Source: a virus (Duplodnaviria; Caudoviricetes). From it: a stretch of 31,529 nucleotides of DNA. Position 1 is the first letter of the stretch. Each line of letters starts with the position of its first letter. The stretch is from positions 1 through 31,529 of the IMG/VR virus record IMGVR_UViG_3300012940_000075; one strand, written 5' to 3'. This document shows, one piece after another, positions 1 to 10,047 of the stretch. Under the pieces are notes generated by a model. It saw only the letters and a list, made by a program, of their open reading frames with translations, was not told the origin of the DNA and did no database searches. The translations under genes and the position numbers were made by a program.

Positions 1-38
1 ATGACGAGCTGATCCGCAGTATCCTGGGGAAGGGGTGA
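1..38 (+). CDS. 3' end of a host gene (partial)
   Basis: GC-rich open frame ...DELIRSILGKG ending at TGA 36-38, outside the att site; too short to identify. Confidence 0.3.
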   Translation, partial: DELIRSILGKG

Positions 39-65
39 TCCCCCGCAGCCTATGCAGGGCCATGG

Positions 66-123
66 TGGTGCCCGCTCCCGGACTCGAACCGGGATGGAGG
101 TCGCCCTCCGAGGGATTTTAAGT
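66..123 (-). pseudogene. 3' half of the disrupted host tRNA-Leu(UAA)
   Basis: Minus strand reads ACTTAAAATCCCT-CGGAGGGCGACCTCC(long variable arm)-ATCCCGGTTCGAGTCCGGG-AGCGGGC-A-CCA; AGCGGGC pairs with GCCCGCT at 31441-31447. Confidence 0.95.
114..123. repeat. att core, left junction (GATTTTAAGT)
   Basis: Identical to 31407-31416; covers the 7-nt anticodon loop, a typical tyrosine-integrase crossover site. Confidence 0.92.
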
Positions 124-253
124 ACTTTTTCCTGTGATGCTCAGTTAGACGGTTCTTCCTTTTCGCAAATGTAGCTTTTCTGCCCGTTGTAGGGTTGGTT
201 CAAAAAGAAAAGTTTGTGTTTGTAAAAAGAAAGAAAAGAGCAAAAGTATTTTG

Positions 254-282
254 TTGCTAAAAGTACCGTCAACTGTTATAAT
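254..282 (+). promoter_or_regulatory. sigma70 promoter of the integrase
   Basis: TTGCTA (254-259) - 17 bp - TATAAT (277-282); RBS AAGGAG at 302-307. Confidence 0.75.
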
Positions 283-316
283 AAGGCATGTTTAACAGGA
301 AAAGGAGCCTTAAAAT

Positions 317-1438
317 ATGGTGGATACGGGTTTGTTAGCGAAGATGGCGGAAGTTGCTGCCGCTACTGGTATGCGGGTGGTGTTGGACGGAGACAAGGTG
401 TTGCTAGAGCCTGTGCAATCTTCTGCCAATATGCCTGCTGTTGTTTCTCCTGCGCCTGCCAATGTCCAAGTGTTGCCACCTGAGCAGCCGCGTATGGCTG
501 GGGGTGCTTCATCCATTACATATATTGACCAGAGAGCGGAGCGTCAGTTGCCAAAGTTTACCGTTGGCGATGCGATTCGCAAATACATCAACACTCGTCC
601 AGAGAAAACCGATAAGCAGAAGAAAAACAAACACGATTATGGTTTGGTTTTAAAACTGTTTTGGAAGGAGTATGAGGATTGGGATTTGTTAGGGGACGAG
701 TTTAAAGATTTGGTTGTGGATAGGTGTTCAGTTGAGCACAAATCCAACTTTAAGACTTCTTGTGCATATCTCCGTGCAGGTATCAATCTGCTGTTAAAGC
801 CTCGCAATTTGGATCATCTCAATCCTTTCCGCCATGTCACATTGCGTAGGAATACCGTTAAAGTGCGCTCCTACACAAATGCAGAGATTAAAAAGATATG
901 GCGTGAGCTTGAGGCGATGATAAAGCTGTATGATACGCCTCGTTACCGCCGCATGTATATTGGGTGCTTGCTGTTTAAGTTCCTGCTTCTTACAGGAGTA
1001 CGGACGCATGAGGCGCATGCTGCAAAGTGGGAGCATGTCGATTATGAGGATTGCTCCTTGCAGCTACACACCACCAAAGGCGACAAATTCCGCACTGTTA
1101 GCCTCAATGGGGAAGCCATTGCACTGCTCAAGCACCTGCAAGCGTCGTATCCGCATTCTGAGCACATATTCCCGCCCAAGCTTGTGTCTGCTAACACAAC
1201 GCGGAACGTGTATCAGAACCTCTCAGAGCGCACGGGCATAGCTATTACCCGTCATGATGCTCGCAAGCTGTATGGCCAGATCCTGTTACAAACTGGCGCA
1301 AGCTTGCGTGATGTGCAGTTAGAGTTGGGCCATTCCAACATATCGGTTACTGCTCAATACTACTCCCATCTTAACAATGAGCATCGTAGGGAAACTTCCA
1401 ACAAAGTTGGGGATTTCTATAAAAAAGCAGTAGCGTAG
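317..1438 (+). CDS. int: Tyrosine recombinase / phage integrase
   Basis: Catalytic motifs TGVRTHE (R), TTKGDK (K), HDAR (HxxR), LGHS and QYYSH (Y); adjacent to the att core. Confidence 0.95.
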   Translation: MVDTGLLAKMAEVAAATGMRVVLDGDKVLLEPVQSSANMPAVVSPAPANVQVLPPEQPRMAGGASSITYIDQRAERQLPKFTVGDAIRKYINTRPEKTDKQKKNKHDYGLVLKLFWKEYEDWDLLGDEFKDLVVDRCSVEHKSNFKTSCAYLRAGINLLLKPRNLDHLNPFRHVTLRRNTVKVRSYTNAEIKKIWRELEAMIKLYDTPRYRRMYIGCLLFKFLLLTGVRTHEAHAAKWEHVDYEDCSLQLHTTKGDKFRTVSLNGEAIALLKHLQASYPHSEHIFPPKLVSANTTRNVYQNLSERTGIAITRHDARKLYGQILLQTGASLRDVQLELGHSNISVTAQYYSHLNNEHRRETSNKVGDFYKKAVA

Positions 1439-1525
1439 CGGTCTGCTGTTTTTGGAATATTAACGTATTGTTTTCTTTGGAGATATTTTTCTATTTTGCA
1501 TAGAAAGTGGATCAATGTACTGCGC

Positions 1526-1566
1526 CAAAAGAATGCCGTATCAGGAATATCTGGTACGGCATTTTG
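1526..1566. terminator. Bidirectional intrinsic terminator between int and the virion operon
   Basis: Stem GAATGCCGTATCAG / CTGGTACGGCATTT with A- and T-rich flanks, between convergent genes. Confidence 0.8.
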
Positions 1567-1568
1567 TC

Positions 1569-1883
1569 TTATAGGAGTTTATCAACGAGTCGATTGATGT
1601 TGTCGTTGATGGTAGCCACTTGTGTGGACAAGTGTTTAACTTCTGTCTCCAATACAAGCAGCCTATCATGAACGTCTGTGTTCTTGTCGTTTTGTTCTTT
1701 AAACTGGTGTTGTAGTTTAGCTTTCATTTCTTTTATATCTTCCTCGTTCTTTTCGCCTTGCTCAGCCCATTTGATAAACTTCCTGATATGTTTTAGGAGG
1801 TAGGCGATGGATTTCCATGCAGCAACCAATCCAACTATTGCTGAGCCTACTAAACCTAGTAGTTTAAACCATATCCAATCCAC
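1569..1883 (-). CDS. Small membrane protein with coiled coil (holin-like)
   Basis: N-terminal TM helix followed by a heptad coiled coil; last gene of the virion operon. Confidence 0.55.
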   Translation of the reverse strand: MDWIWFKLLGLVGSAIVGLVAAWKSIAYLLKHIRKFIKWAEQGEKNEEDIKEMKAKLQHQFKEQNDKNTDVHDRLLVLETEVKHLSTQVATINDNINRLVDKLL

Positions 1884-1898
1884 CCAATGCCATCTCCA

Positions 1899-2432
1899 TT
1901 ATATTGCCGTGCAGCCGCCAGTGTAGTTGGCGCTCGCTACAATTGTTCCTGCACCGTTTCTTATCTCTACCCTCACGGTTCCAGATATGCTGCTCACACC
2001 AGATGACCATGAAACGAGCCTATTGCTCGACAAGCTCAGCCATGTGTTTAAAGCGTCAACTTCTGTTGGCGCTGTACCGGATATATGGGTAAAACGTATA
2101 TAGTAGTTGTCCTCAGATGCAGCCGCATTTGGGATAATCCAATCTGTGCCGCTGTTGATCTGCTGATACGTTAAGTATGGACCACCGGGTTCAGGAAATA
2201 TGTAGCTTGCGGTGTAAACCCTGCCATTTGACCTAAACTCGAATCCGCCAATTGCGTAGGCGATATGGGTATTGTTGGTGAGGTGCCAAGTCGCGTTTTG
2301 GTATACTAACCGCCATGTGCTACCAACCTTCACATAGGTTTTTTGTATTTCGCGCCATGTGCTACCAACCTTCACATATATCTTTTTTAAAGGGCGCCAT
2401 GTGCTGCCAACTTTAACATAGGTATCTGCCAT
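1899..2432 (-). CDS. Putative fibre-tip / receptor-binding protein
   Basis: Three YVKVGSTWR repeats at 15-aa period, then a beta-rich domain; follows the tail fibre gene; GGAG RBS. Confidence 0.65.
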   Translation of the reverse strand: MADTYVKVGSTWRPLKKIYVKVGSTWREIQKTYVKVGSTWRLVYQNATWHLTNNTHIAYAIGGFEFRSNGRVYTASYIFPEPGGPYLTYQQINSGTDWIIPNAAASEDNYYIRFTHISGTAPTEVDALNTWLSLSSNRLVSWSSGVSSISGTVRVEIRNGAGTIVASANYTGGCTAI

Positions 2433-2447
2433 CCATTTGCGCCTCCA

Positions 2448-3551
2448 TTAGTATTGGTACCAAATGTCACCATCGGAACCGCCAGATGGGCCGCTTGTTG
2501 ATACTGTCTTCCTAGTGCCTGCTCGTCCTGTAATGTTGCGGGCATATCCATCACCCATATGCTGGGTCACATTGGATGAGGAAATACGTGCATTGGAAAA
2601 GGTGCCAGACGTAATATTGCTAGCAGAGTGGTTATGGCTCGATGCAGCAAATGCAGAGGCATGGTTGCCGTCTAACAGGTCTGCATCTATGCCTGAGCCT
2701 GAGCCATCTACGGTAAGCAGTAGGGAACGAATCTCAGAAGCGGTTTGATCGCCCGTAGCGCCGCTCTCAATGCCATTGAGCTTGGTTTTGTCACTACTGG
2801 ACATAAACCCGTTTGCGCCTGTTGTCGCTACGCTGTGGGTGTGATCGGATGTGGCGAACGCGGATGCATGGTTGCCATCTAGTAAGTCTGCATCTAAGCC
2901 GGAACCTGAGCCATCTACAGTCTTGATCTTTGTTAGAAGAGCAGAAGCTGTAGTTGCGTCGCTTACAGACGTGTCGATATATATCTTTGTTGCTGCGTCT
3001 TGGTCATTGGTTGGATCGGAAACATCTGTAATAGCATTGCTGTTCATGCTTAATGAACCGCCGAATCCAACATCACCAACTACCTCTAGATCGCCACTAA
3101 TAGCTGCATCATTGCCAACGATTAGAGATGTAAACAAACCACCTTGTGTATTAAGTAGCTGCCACTCTAGATTGTTGTAATATACCTCGACGACCGTTCC
3201 GCTAGGAATGTTTGTTACTGCTGTTCCGTCGCTATATTTGATAGGATATGCAGGAAACGAATTAATCTTTAGAGTAGCTTCGTTGGATGAAGTATGGTTT
3301 GTTTTGAAGCTAATGCGTTCGCCTTCATACAACTCGCTAAAGTTTGTGTAGGCTAGTGTATATTCGCCATCAGCGCCACTTGATGTTTTAACCGCATTGA
3401 TACGATTCCAAAACCGTTTGCAGGCGGCCATCAACTCTCTAACAGTATTGTTTACTTGAGACGGAAGCCAACCTTCTGGTGCGCCGTTAGGTGGAATTTG
3501 CGTATTGTTACTAGCATTCTCTGATACTTGGTTTGAACCTAAATCTGCCAT
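2448..3551 (-). CDS. Tail fibre protein
   Basis: Ser/Gly/Thr-rich; two VDGSGSG(L/I)DADLLDGNHASAFA repeats, a DPTNDQDAATKIYID motif and C-terminal GSDGDIWYQY, all typical of phage fibres. Confidence 0.85.
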   Translation of the reverse strand: MADLGSNQVSENASNNTQIPPNGAPEGWLPSQVNNTVRELMAACKRFWNRINAVKTSSGADGEYTLAYTNFSELYEGERISFKTNHTSSNEATLKINSFPAYPIKYSDGTAVTNIPSGTVVEVYYNNLEWQLLNTQGGLFTSLIVGNDAAISGDLEVVGDVGFGGSLSMNSNAITDVSDPTNDQDAATKIYIDTSVSDATTASALLTKIKTVDGSGSGLDADLLDGNHASAFATSDHTHSVATTGANGFMSSSDKTKLNGIESGATGDQTASEIRSLLLTVDGSGSGIDADLLDGNHASAFAASSHNHSASNITSGTFSNARISSSNVTQHMGDGYARNITGRAGTRKTVSTSGPSGGSDGDIWYQY

Positions 3552-3567
3552 CTGTCATTTTAACCTC

Positions 3568-4437
3568 TTACTCTAATACCAATCTGCTTGGCTTCCTAGT
3601 TGTCGTGCTTACTGTATCGTCTTCATCATCCGGGCCAACAAGGGTTAGTCTTGGTCCTTTGTTTGGCTGCGAACTAGATTCGCTCTCATCGTCAACAGAC
3701 GCACCAACTGCTAATCCGCCTGCAAAAGCTGGAACTGCCTCAGGAACATAGTTCAACCCTTTACCAACCGCCGTTATAGCTACTGGAGCAACCGCTGCTG
3801 GTAATCCAAATCCAGTACTTCCAATCCCCATTGCTGTTGGCACAGAAGGAATCTGCTTCAACCTGTCATAGATGATATCGCGTGGGACTTTTAGGCTTGG
3901 AAACACGCGGCTAATAGCGTTACCCATTTCGCCTACTAGCTGGTCTGTCTTTGGAATGACCTTGTTAGCTATTGCTTGGGTTCCTCGTGCAGCAACACCA
4001 AACGCTGGGCCAGTAGCTGCACCCCACATCATAGCTTCGTTCGTGTCGCCGCCAGTTCCTTGCGCCAGCAATCCGCTGCCATAAGCGCCAGCAGCGGCAT
4101 CACGTACCAATTGGGCTGTAACACCAGTGGCTTTAGCGAGGGCAGGGGCAATACCCATACCAACAGCTACGTTTCCGCCTAAGCCAATACCTTGGCCCAT
4201 CTTAGCGGCAAGGGGTTGCTTCTCGTTCAAGTCGTCGAAGCGCTCACCTTGTGGCAGGAGTCCGAATGTGAAGGCATCGCCAATGTTGCGCAACATTGTC
4301 TCGTTTGCTTCGGCTACAGAAGGTTGCGCCTCTAGCTCTGTTTGAGCAGTGGACTGCAATAGCTCCTTATACCGTTCCCAAAATCCCTTCTTCTCTGCCA
4401 TTCTTGTTTCTCTTACTGTATCTTCCCACGTTTCCAA
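3568..4437 (-). CDS. Putative internal virion / ejection protein
   Basis: Gly/Ala-rich hydrophobic helices, DAFTFGL motif; lies between the nozzle and fibre genes. Confidence 0.6.
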   Translation of the reverse strand: METWEDTVRETRMAEKKGFWERYKELLQSTAQTELEAQPSVAEANETMLRNIGDAFTFGLLPQGERFDDLNEKQPLAAKMGQGIGLGGNVAVGMGIAPALAKATGVTAQLVRDAAAGAYGSGLLAQGTGGDTNEAMMWGAATGPAFGVAARGTQAIANKVIPKTDQLVGEMGNAISRVFPSLKVPRDIIYDRLKQIPSVPTAMGIGSTGFGLPAAVAPVAITAVGKGLNYVPEAVPAFAGGLAVGASVDDESESSSQPNKGPRLTLVGPDDEDDTVSTTTRKPSRLVLE

Positions 4438-5387
4438 CTTCCGCTTTCTTGGTCGAAATATTGAACATTGCTATTTGCGAAGCGTCGTTTAATGTCGTTC
4501 ACATATTTGTTGTAAAGATTATATTTTGTATCGAAATTCGTTGCTCCAAGACCGCCAGCTTCATCAATCTTCTTGATGGTCGTCTCTGTAGGTGTTCCGT
4601 CTGCTTTTCGATACATTGGTATGATCGAAGTTGTTAGGACGGTATCAATGTCCTGTAGGTCTTTGGTGCCGAAATCGTTGCCAGATAAAAATGTCCTGTC
4701 CAACCAACTTGCTGGTGCTCTAAAGAGTGGGTTGTCAGGGTCAGGGCCAGGCCAGTTCTTGCCGTTGTCAGTACGCTCGTCTAAGCGGTCCTTAAGGTCC
4801 AATGCCATATTGATGCTGTCAGGGTTATATACACCCTGATCTATGGTTGCTTGGAAGTCCTTGCGACGTTCAGCTATTTCTTTGTTCTTAATTTCATTCT
4901 CTTGTGCAACAGCCTTTGGTACGCCAGTCGTAGGTAAGAAGCGAAGGTCTTGAGGCACCTCTATACGAGTGGTTTTGGACTCGTCGTAGAAGTACTCTTT
5001 CTCATCCTGTGATGGTGATGGGCTAGCTGTTGTAGCAGGCGCAGTATTAGGTACTGGTGCCATGTCATATGCGCCGGATGCTACACCAGCAGGGGCGCCG
5101 AACTCGTCCGCATATTTTCGCTCTTCAAAGGTTTGTTGCTGACGTTGTAAATCTAGCTGTTCCTGTCTATACGCTTGTTCAGCAGCATATTTCTCTTGCT
5201 GAAAATTGTAATCGCGTATGTCTTGTTGAGCTTTGAGCAAGGATGCCATTTGCTGCATCTCAATCTGCCGCTCTTGCATTCTATTAGCTAACTCCAATCG
5301 GTTTAGCTCAAGGATTTGTCTAAAGTAGGATGAGCGTGGGCTTTCCTCTGAACTGCGATCACCAAATAAGTTGATACGAACTGCCAT
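4413..5387 (-). CDS. Putative internal virion / ejection protein
   Basis: Gln-rich coiled-coil N-terminus; synteny. Confidence 0.55.
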   Translation of the reverse strand: MAVRINLFGDRSSEESPRSSYFRQILELNRLELANRMQERQIEMQQMASLLKAQQDIRDYNFQQEKYAAEQAYRQEQLDLQRQQQTFEERKYADEFGAPAGVASGAYDMAPVPNTAPATTASPSPSQDEKEYFYDESKTTRIEVPQDLRFLPTTGVPKAVAQENEIKNKEIAERRKDFQATIDQGVYNPDSINMALDLKDRLDERTDNGKNWPGPDPDNPLFRAPASWLDRTFLSGNDFGTKDLQDIDTVLTTSIIPMYRKADGTPTETTIKKIDEAGGLGATNFDTKYNLYNKYVNDIKRRFANSNVQYFDQESGSWKRGKIQ

Positions 5388-5388
5388 C

Positions 5389-5826
5389 TTACCTACGGCC
5401 TCCTGATATTGTGAGAAGGATGCTGTTCACCATGTCATCAGAAGCACCGCCTTTTCTAAGTGTCTCAGCGACAAATTGTGCATATGCTGGGTCTACAGAT
5501 CGGTTAGCTGTCTGTGCTTGTTTATCCAGTACGTCTAAAGCACGCTTCTCAATGTCCTTGTCGTAGACGCGCTTCTCTTTAGCTGTGTTGGCTGCATCTT
5601 CCATGTCCAATGCATTGCCTAAACCAGCTAGCAAACCAAATGGGCCTGCAATAAGAGCAGGAGCAAGAGTGCCAACTACCTGCTTGATACGTAGGTTGCG
5701 TGTCTCACTAGGTGTAAGCTTTGCATCTTCTGCACTAGCGAGTGGCGCATTCTTTGGTTGTGAAGTGGGTAATCCTAGAAGCCCATTAGCGCCGCTGTTT
5801 ATTAAACTTTCGAATGAAAATGCCAT
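5389..5826 (-). CDS. Putative small internal virion protein
   Basis: GGAG RBS, one Gly-rich hydrophobic segment, synteny. Confidence 0.55.
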   Translation of the reverse strand: MAFSFESLINSGANGLLGLPTSQPKNAPLASAEDAKLTPSETRNLRIKQVVGTLAPALIAGPFGLLAGLGNALDMEDAANTAKEKRVYDKDIEKRALDVLDKQAQTANRSVDPAYAQFVAETLRKGGASDDMVNSILLTISGGRR

Positions 5827-5840
5827 TTTTGTTTCTCCAT

Positions 5841-7226
5841 TTATCCTATACTAAACCCAGCACTTTTGGACTTGGTTGTTCCTTGCGTATTTGAACTTGC
5901 ATATGGGGAAGCTGCTGACAGGATTGCAGCTAAGCGGCTTAAACGCTCAAAGTCTGCATTCTGCCCGAAGTCAAATTGCTCTCTGTTCGCGTCTATAATC
6001 GCTTGGGCTTGGTCAGCTTGTATCTGTCCAGTTGCTAGCAAGTTCGCTAGGTTAGTTTGCAAGTTGGCGACTTGGCTGTTGGCCACATCGCTTGCCAATG
6101 CTGTACCGCTGGAAATGCTGTCTAATAGTGCTTGGGCATTGCCTGAACTTAATTGTCTGCTGGATTGCTCACCACTAAGGGCACTTGTTAGAGCATCTAG
6201 GTTCAAGCCTTGTGTGTTCTGACGCGCACTCTCTAATGCACTAGCTGCTGATAGTCGGCGAGACTGGTCAGCATCAAAGGCGTTCTGTTGCAGCTCGTCT
6301 GTTGCAAGATCCAAGTCGGCGATAGACTGTCCGGCGGTTAAGCGTCTTGCTAGCTCACTGTCCTTTGCCTGCTGTCTAAGCTGCGAAGTGCTCAAGTCCG
6401 TATCTAGTAGGGATTGGGCTGCTGCTAGACGCTGTTGCTGCTGGTTCAACGCATTCTTATAAACGAGGTCAGCAACACCAGATGTTAGCTGGCCTGCTGC
6501 ACCTTCCTGTGCTCGGTTGATAGCGTTTGTTAGACCGCTTGAACCATATCGGCCAGCAGCCGCGAATTGGGACTGAACGCCGGGTAATACCTCTCTGTTG
6601 AAGGCTTGGGTGACGTTCTTCGTTAGAGAGTCGATAGCACCTTGTAGGATGGGATCATTCGCAAAGTCTGTGTTGCTTGCGATGCTCTCCAAGTATCCGC
6701 GGGACCGTTCCGTATCTAAGGTTGGATCGTAGCTATTGCCTTGGGCAAAATCTTCCAGATATGAGCGGCCAGCATTGTTGAAGTCCACTGGTGAACTTGT
6801 CCCACTAGCTAGCTCCTGTAAGCGCTGTATGCCTGTTTGATCGCCGCTAGCAGCATTAAAATTCTTGAGAGCGTTGATAATCTCTTCTTCTGTGGCGCTG
6901 CTGCCGATAAGGCTACGTAACAACGCCTGTTCATCTGTTGTCCCTGCTGATAGCTCGCCTGCCCGTGTACCTGCTGCATCTAGAGCTGGGTTCCCACCGC
7001 TTGCCATTTGCATTGCTAAGTCTATAGCGGCTTGCTGGTTGGGTGATATATCTGCAACCTGCTGCCCTGGGTAATACTCCGCGTTGCCTGAGGAGTCTCC
7101 AAAGAGCCTTGTCGCTTCTGCGAATAGTTGCTCAAGGCCCGGTGCTGCTGGACCGTAAGGATTTGAAGTAGTTGTTTGATCTACCTTCTGCTTGCTCTTA
7201 CTGCCTGTTAACCCGAATAGTGCCAT
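5841..7226 (-). CDS. DNA transfer / pilot (ejection) protein
   Basis: N-terminal G-S-K..TTTSNPY, YYPGQQVA, Ala/Gln-rich helices and FAAAGRYGSS, typical of podovirus ejection proteins. Confidence 0.75.
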   Translation of the reverse strand: MALFGLTGSKSKQKVDQTTTSNPYGPAAPGLEQLFAEATRLFGDSSGNAEYYPGQQVADISPNQQAAIDLAMQMASGGNPALDAAGTRAGELSAGTTDEQALLRSLIGSSATEEEIINALKNFNAASGDQTGIQRLQELASGTSSPVDFNNAGRSYLEDFAQGNSYDPTLDTERSRGYLESIASNTDFANDPILQGAIDSLTKNVTQAFNREVLPGVQSQFAAAGRYGSSGLTNAINRAQEGAAGQLTSGVADLVYKNALNQQQQRLAAAQSLLDTDLSTSQLRQQAKDSELARRLTAGQSIADLDLATDELQQNAFDADQSRRLSAASALESARQNTQGLNLDALTSALSGEQSSRQLSSGNAQALLDSISSGTALASDVANSQVANLQTNLANLLATGQIQADQAQAIIDANREQFDFGQNADFERLSRLAAILSAASPYASSNTQGTTKSKSAGFSIG

Positions 7227-7257
7227 CTCATATCGATCTCCATTGTCTCACAGCTAT

Positions 7258-7566
7258 TTATCCAACAACTAGCATTCTATAGTGCAAATCTGTGTAGTTG
7301 TTGTCTTCATAGTGTATATCTACTTCTCTATCCCCCACTTCAAAATACATACCGTTCAAAACCTCTGCCGCAGTATCTGTTTCTGGCATCATCCATAAAA
7401 AGGAATACGGTGTTATAAGTGGGTGTTTTACATTCGTTGTTGTGCCTGGCTCTAAAGTTATCTCAACGACAATATCCAGCTTCCCATTAAATATGTCTCG
7501 TAGAACGCTAGGATTTTTTAGAAAGTTGTCTAACGTCTTACCGCCGAAATTTCTTCTTCTGGTCAT
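7258..7566 (-). CDS. Small tail-associated hypothetical protein
   Basis: Likely start ATG 7566, coupled (TAATG) to the upstream stop, with a GGAGG RBS. Confidence 0.6.
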   Translation of the reverse strand: MTRRRNFGGKTLDNFLKNPSVLRDIFNGKLDIVVEITLEPGTTTNVKHPLITPYSFLWMMPETDTAAEVLNGMYFEVGDREVDIHYEDNNYTDLHYRMLVVG

Positions 7567-9047
7567 TACTGGCGTCCTCCAATTCTCATATCGACGCCAA
7601 ATCCCCATATGTCCGTAATGGTGCTAGAATTGGTCATAGCCTTGATACGCAGCCGTTTGCCTTGCGCTCTAATCGACACTTCATTATGAACGTTAGGATA
7701 TAGCAAGCTTGTAGACTGCCAATTGCTGGTAAAGCGTGGCTTATAATCGACGCTCATTACATATTCGCCAACACCGTTAAAGCTGAGGCTGCCATTTATA
7801 ATCTTGATATTGCGGTGTTGCTCGTCATCCAAAATTGTTGATGCAACTACACATTGTCTTCCACTTCCACCAAACAAGTGAAATTGGTCATTTTTTATGT
7901 AGGGGAAAATTCGTTGAGACTCGGAGAAGTATAAAGAGTCTAAGCTAACATCGAGGTTATCTAGGTTGTTCACTACACTATCCAAATCCTCCATTGTCAT
8001 AGATTCGGAATAGGACGTTAGGAATACCTGCACCTCTTCATCTATAGTTGTCCACTTATCTAAGATGTAATTGTATGCGATGATCTTATCGTTATAGCTG
8101 CCGTTTGTGGAAAAGCTCCAAAGCACCATGTTCAGTGGCTCAAAATGGGTAGCTTTAATGGTGCGATAGCTGTTGTTGTTGAGCGTCTGCGAAAACCACT
8201 CGTCAACACGGCCCACACCAATGGATTCGCTCGAACCGTCTTGGGTGCGCTTAAAGCCTTGTGGACTGTAATAGTAGGCATAGCCGCTATTACCCAGCAC
8301 AACGCTATCTGGCGAGATGGTGCCTATCGAGCCTTCGATTACGTCGAAGTCGAAAACTAGCTCACCATATATGAGGGAGCCTTTGATAATGGCATGCTCA
8401 AAAATGAGCAGGACAGCCGCGCCGCTTGTCTGGCCAATGATCCGTGTAAGTTCACCGTAATCGCCGGGAAATGCCTGTTCACCTGCGAACTTTGCTAGAG
8501 CGTCGTCACTGCCCAATACTGGCCAGTCTGTAGGGTCATTGATGGCGCACCAGCGTATTGTTTGCCTTTCGTTTGGCCAATTGCCAACTATGATAAAGTT
8601 GTCTACCTGTGCAATGTGTGATGCGCCAAGTGGTGTTTCGTCTACTTCTGTAAACTCGCTGTCAACGCCAATAGTATACTTGAGCATCTTATTCTGGCGA
8701 TTAACCGCGCAGATGGTGTTTCCGAATTTGGCAAACTCCCAAGCCTCTATTGATCCAGAAGTGCTAAACAAGTCTACCCATGTGTCGTTAAGCCTGTCGT
8801 AGTTGTATATTCCGTCATCCGTACCTACAAAATTGTAGATAGTGCCACTAACGCGGGCTGATATACCGCTTAAAGGCTCCGCTGGAATTGGGTGATAGTT
8901 TAGTGGATTGCCAACAGGAAAAGGCTTATATATTAATCGTCCGCTAGCGTTCTTTGGGTATACATTTAAAATTTCAGCAGAGTATGATGTGTTGCTTGAA
9001 ACACTGTCTGGCGCAAATTCTGCTAGTTCCAATCCTTTAAATGCCAT
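7566..9047 (-). CDS. Tail nozzle / packaged-DNA stabilisation protein (P22 gp10 / SU10 nozzle-like)
   Basis: ~490 aa, beta-propeller-like; IRWCAINDPTDW and IIAYNYILDKWT motifs; follows the adaptor gene. Confidence 0.75.
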   Translation of the reverse strand: MAFKGLELAEFAPDSVSSNTSYSAEILNVYPKNASGRLIYKPFPVGNPLNYHPIPAEPLSGISARVSGTIYNFVGTDDGIYNYDRLNDTWVDLFSTSGSIEAWEFAKFGNTICAVNRQNKMLKYTIGVDSEFTEVDETPLGASHIAQVDNFIIVGNWPNERQTIRWCAINDPTDWPVLGSDDALAKFAGEQAFPGDYGELTRIIGQTSGAAVLLIFEHAIIKGSLIYGELVFDFDVIEGSIGTISPDSVVLGNSGYAYYYSPQGFKRTQDGSSESIGVGRVDEWFSQTLNNNSYRTIKATHFEPLNMVLWSFSTNGSYNDKIIAYNYILDKWTTIDEEVQVFLTSYSESMTMEDLDSVVNNLDNLDVSLDSLYFSESQRIFPYIKNDQFHLFGGSGRQCVVASTILDDEQHRNIKIINGSLSFNGVGEYVMSVDYKPRFTSNWQSTSLLYPNVHNEVSIRAQGKRLRIKAMTNSSTITDIWGFGVDMRIGGRQ

Positions 9048-9051
9048 ATCA

Positions 9052-9702
9052 TTATACCACCGCAATGTTAGATGCTGTGGAGCCTGCTAAATATCCACCT
9101 GCACTTTCTTTCTTCTTGTCTTCTGCTTGAAGTGCTGCAACCTTCGACTCATATAGCGTGGTATACTTCTCGAAGTTTTCAGGTTCTTCATTGAAATTGA
9201 AAATGTGTGATAGGACGCCGTAAAGCATCACATCAAAATGCTTCTGTACCAGCCAATTTGTGTTAGACGATGCAGTGAGCGGCGGTACTGAACGATAGTA
9301 GACGACATCAAACTCGCCGGCTTTTAAAAACCAAGAGACAAGTAGCTCGTTGCCTTCTTTAGTGAACTGGTTCCACTCTAATGGCTCGTATGCTACGTCA
9401 GGTACATACTCCAGGGTCTTGTTTATTAATGGATCGCCATAAAATCCTGCATTGCTGATCGTTTGCAGAGTGGCTTGTGTTGGGGCTATAGTCTTTAGCT
9501 CATTAAAATTTGCAGGTAGAGCAATGCGAGCGTCAGAAGCTGTAAGCTTTGTTCGGACTACCAAATCTGCCGTGCGTATGCGCCTGTTTAGGTCCGTCTC
9601 TACCATCATTACAAAGGTAGGAAATAGGTTAGTAAGGGTTGTGTCCCCCGGCTTCATCGCAAACTGTAAAGCGGTGCTCTGTAGCTGTAGATAAGTCGTC
9701 AT
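9052..9702 (-). CDS. Head-tail adaptor protein
   Basis: TYLQLQ...ETDLNRRIR...LPANF...NTNWLVQKHFDVMLYGVL pattern of podovirus adaptors. Confidence 0.75.
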   Translation of the reverse strand: MTTYLQLQSTALQFAMKPGDTTLTNLFPTFVMMVETDLNRRIRTADLVVRTKLTASDARIALPANFNELKTIAPTQATLQTISNAGFYGDPLINKTLEYVPDVAYEPLEWNQFTKEGNELLVSWFLKAGEFDVVYYRSVPPLTASSNTNWLVQKHFDVMLYGVLSHIFNFNEEPENFEKYTTLYESKVAALQAEDKKKESAGGYLAGSTASNIAVV

Positions 9703-9720
9703 CCTTTCCTTTTGGTAAGC

Positions 9721-10038
9721 TTAACTTTTGATCTTACCTTGTAATCTCAAATTCTCGTTTTCTGATATGATCTTTTTAAATATGAACTCTGATACGTCTT
9801 CGTTCTGCATGAACTCTCTGAACGTCTTTCCATATTTGTTTAGATACTGATATACTAGCTCCGTTGGTATTCGTGCTAGGTACACGCCATAGTCCTTGCG
9901 GACGTTCCCCATAACGTTTTCCTCGATATACGGCTGTATTGCCTTGATGCCTTCATACAATTCCGTAGTATCTTGTTCTGTTACATGATATAGCTTCTTC
10001 TCGTTCTCGTCGTATATAAAATCTTGTTTTATTGTCAT
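9721..10038 (-). CDS. Hypothetical protein of the head module
   Basis: ARIPTELV...NENLR pattern; position after the capsid genes. Confidence 0.65.
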   Translation of the reverse strand: MTIKQDFIYDENEKKLYHVTEQDTTELYEGIKAIQPYIEENVMGNVRKDYGVYLARIPTELVYQYLNKYGKTFREFMQNEDVSEFIFKKIISENENLRLQGKIKS

Positions 10039-10047
10039 TTCTTGTTT

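Noticed and set aside
63-68. CCACCA 3' ends on both the host and element tRNAs
   Set aside because: Common genomic context after an encoded CCA; no evidence of special function
262-272. AGTACCGTCAA shared (inverted) with 29580-29590
   Set aside because: Single 11-bp match explained by a terminator stem; plausible by chance
2305-2425. 45-bp periodic repeat resembling a mini-CRISPR
   Set aside because: It encodes the YVKVGSTWR peptide repeats; no cas genes present
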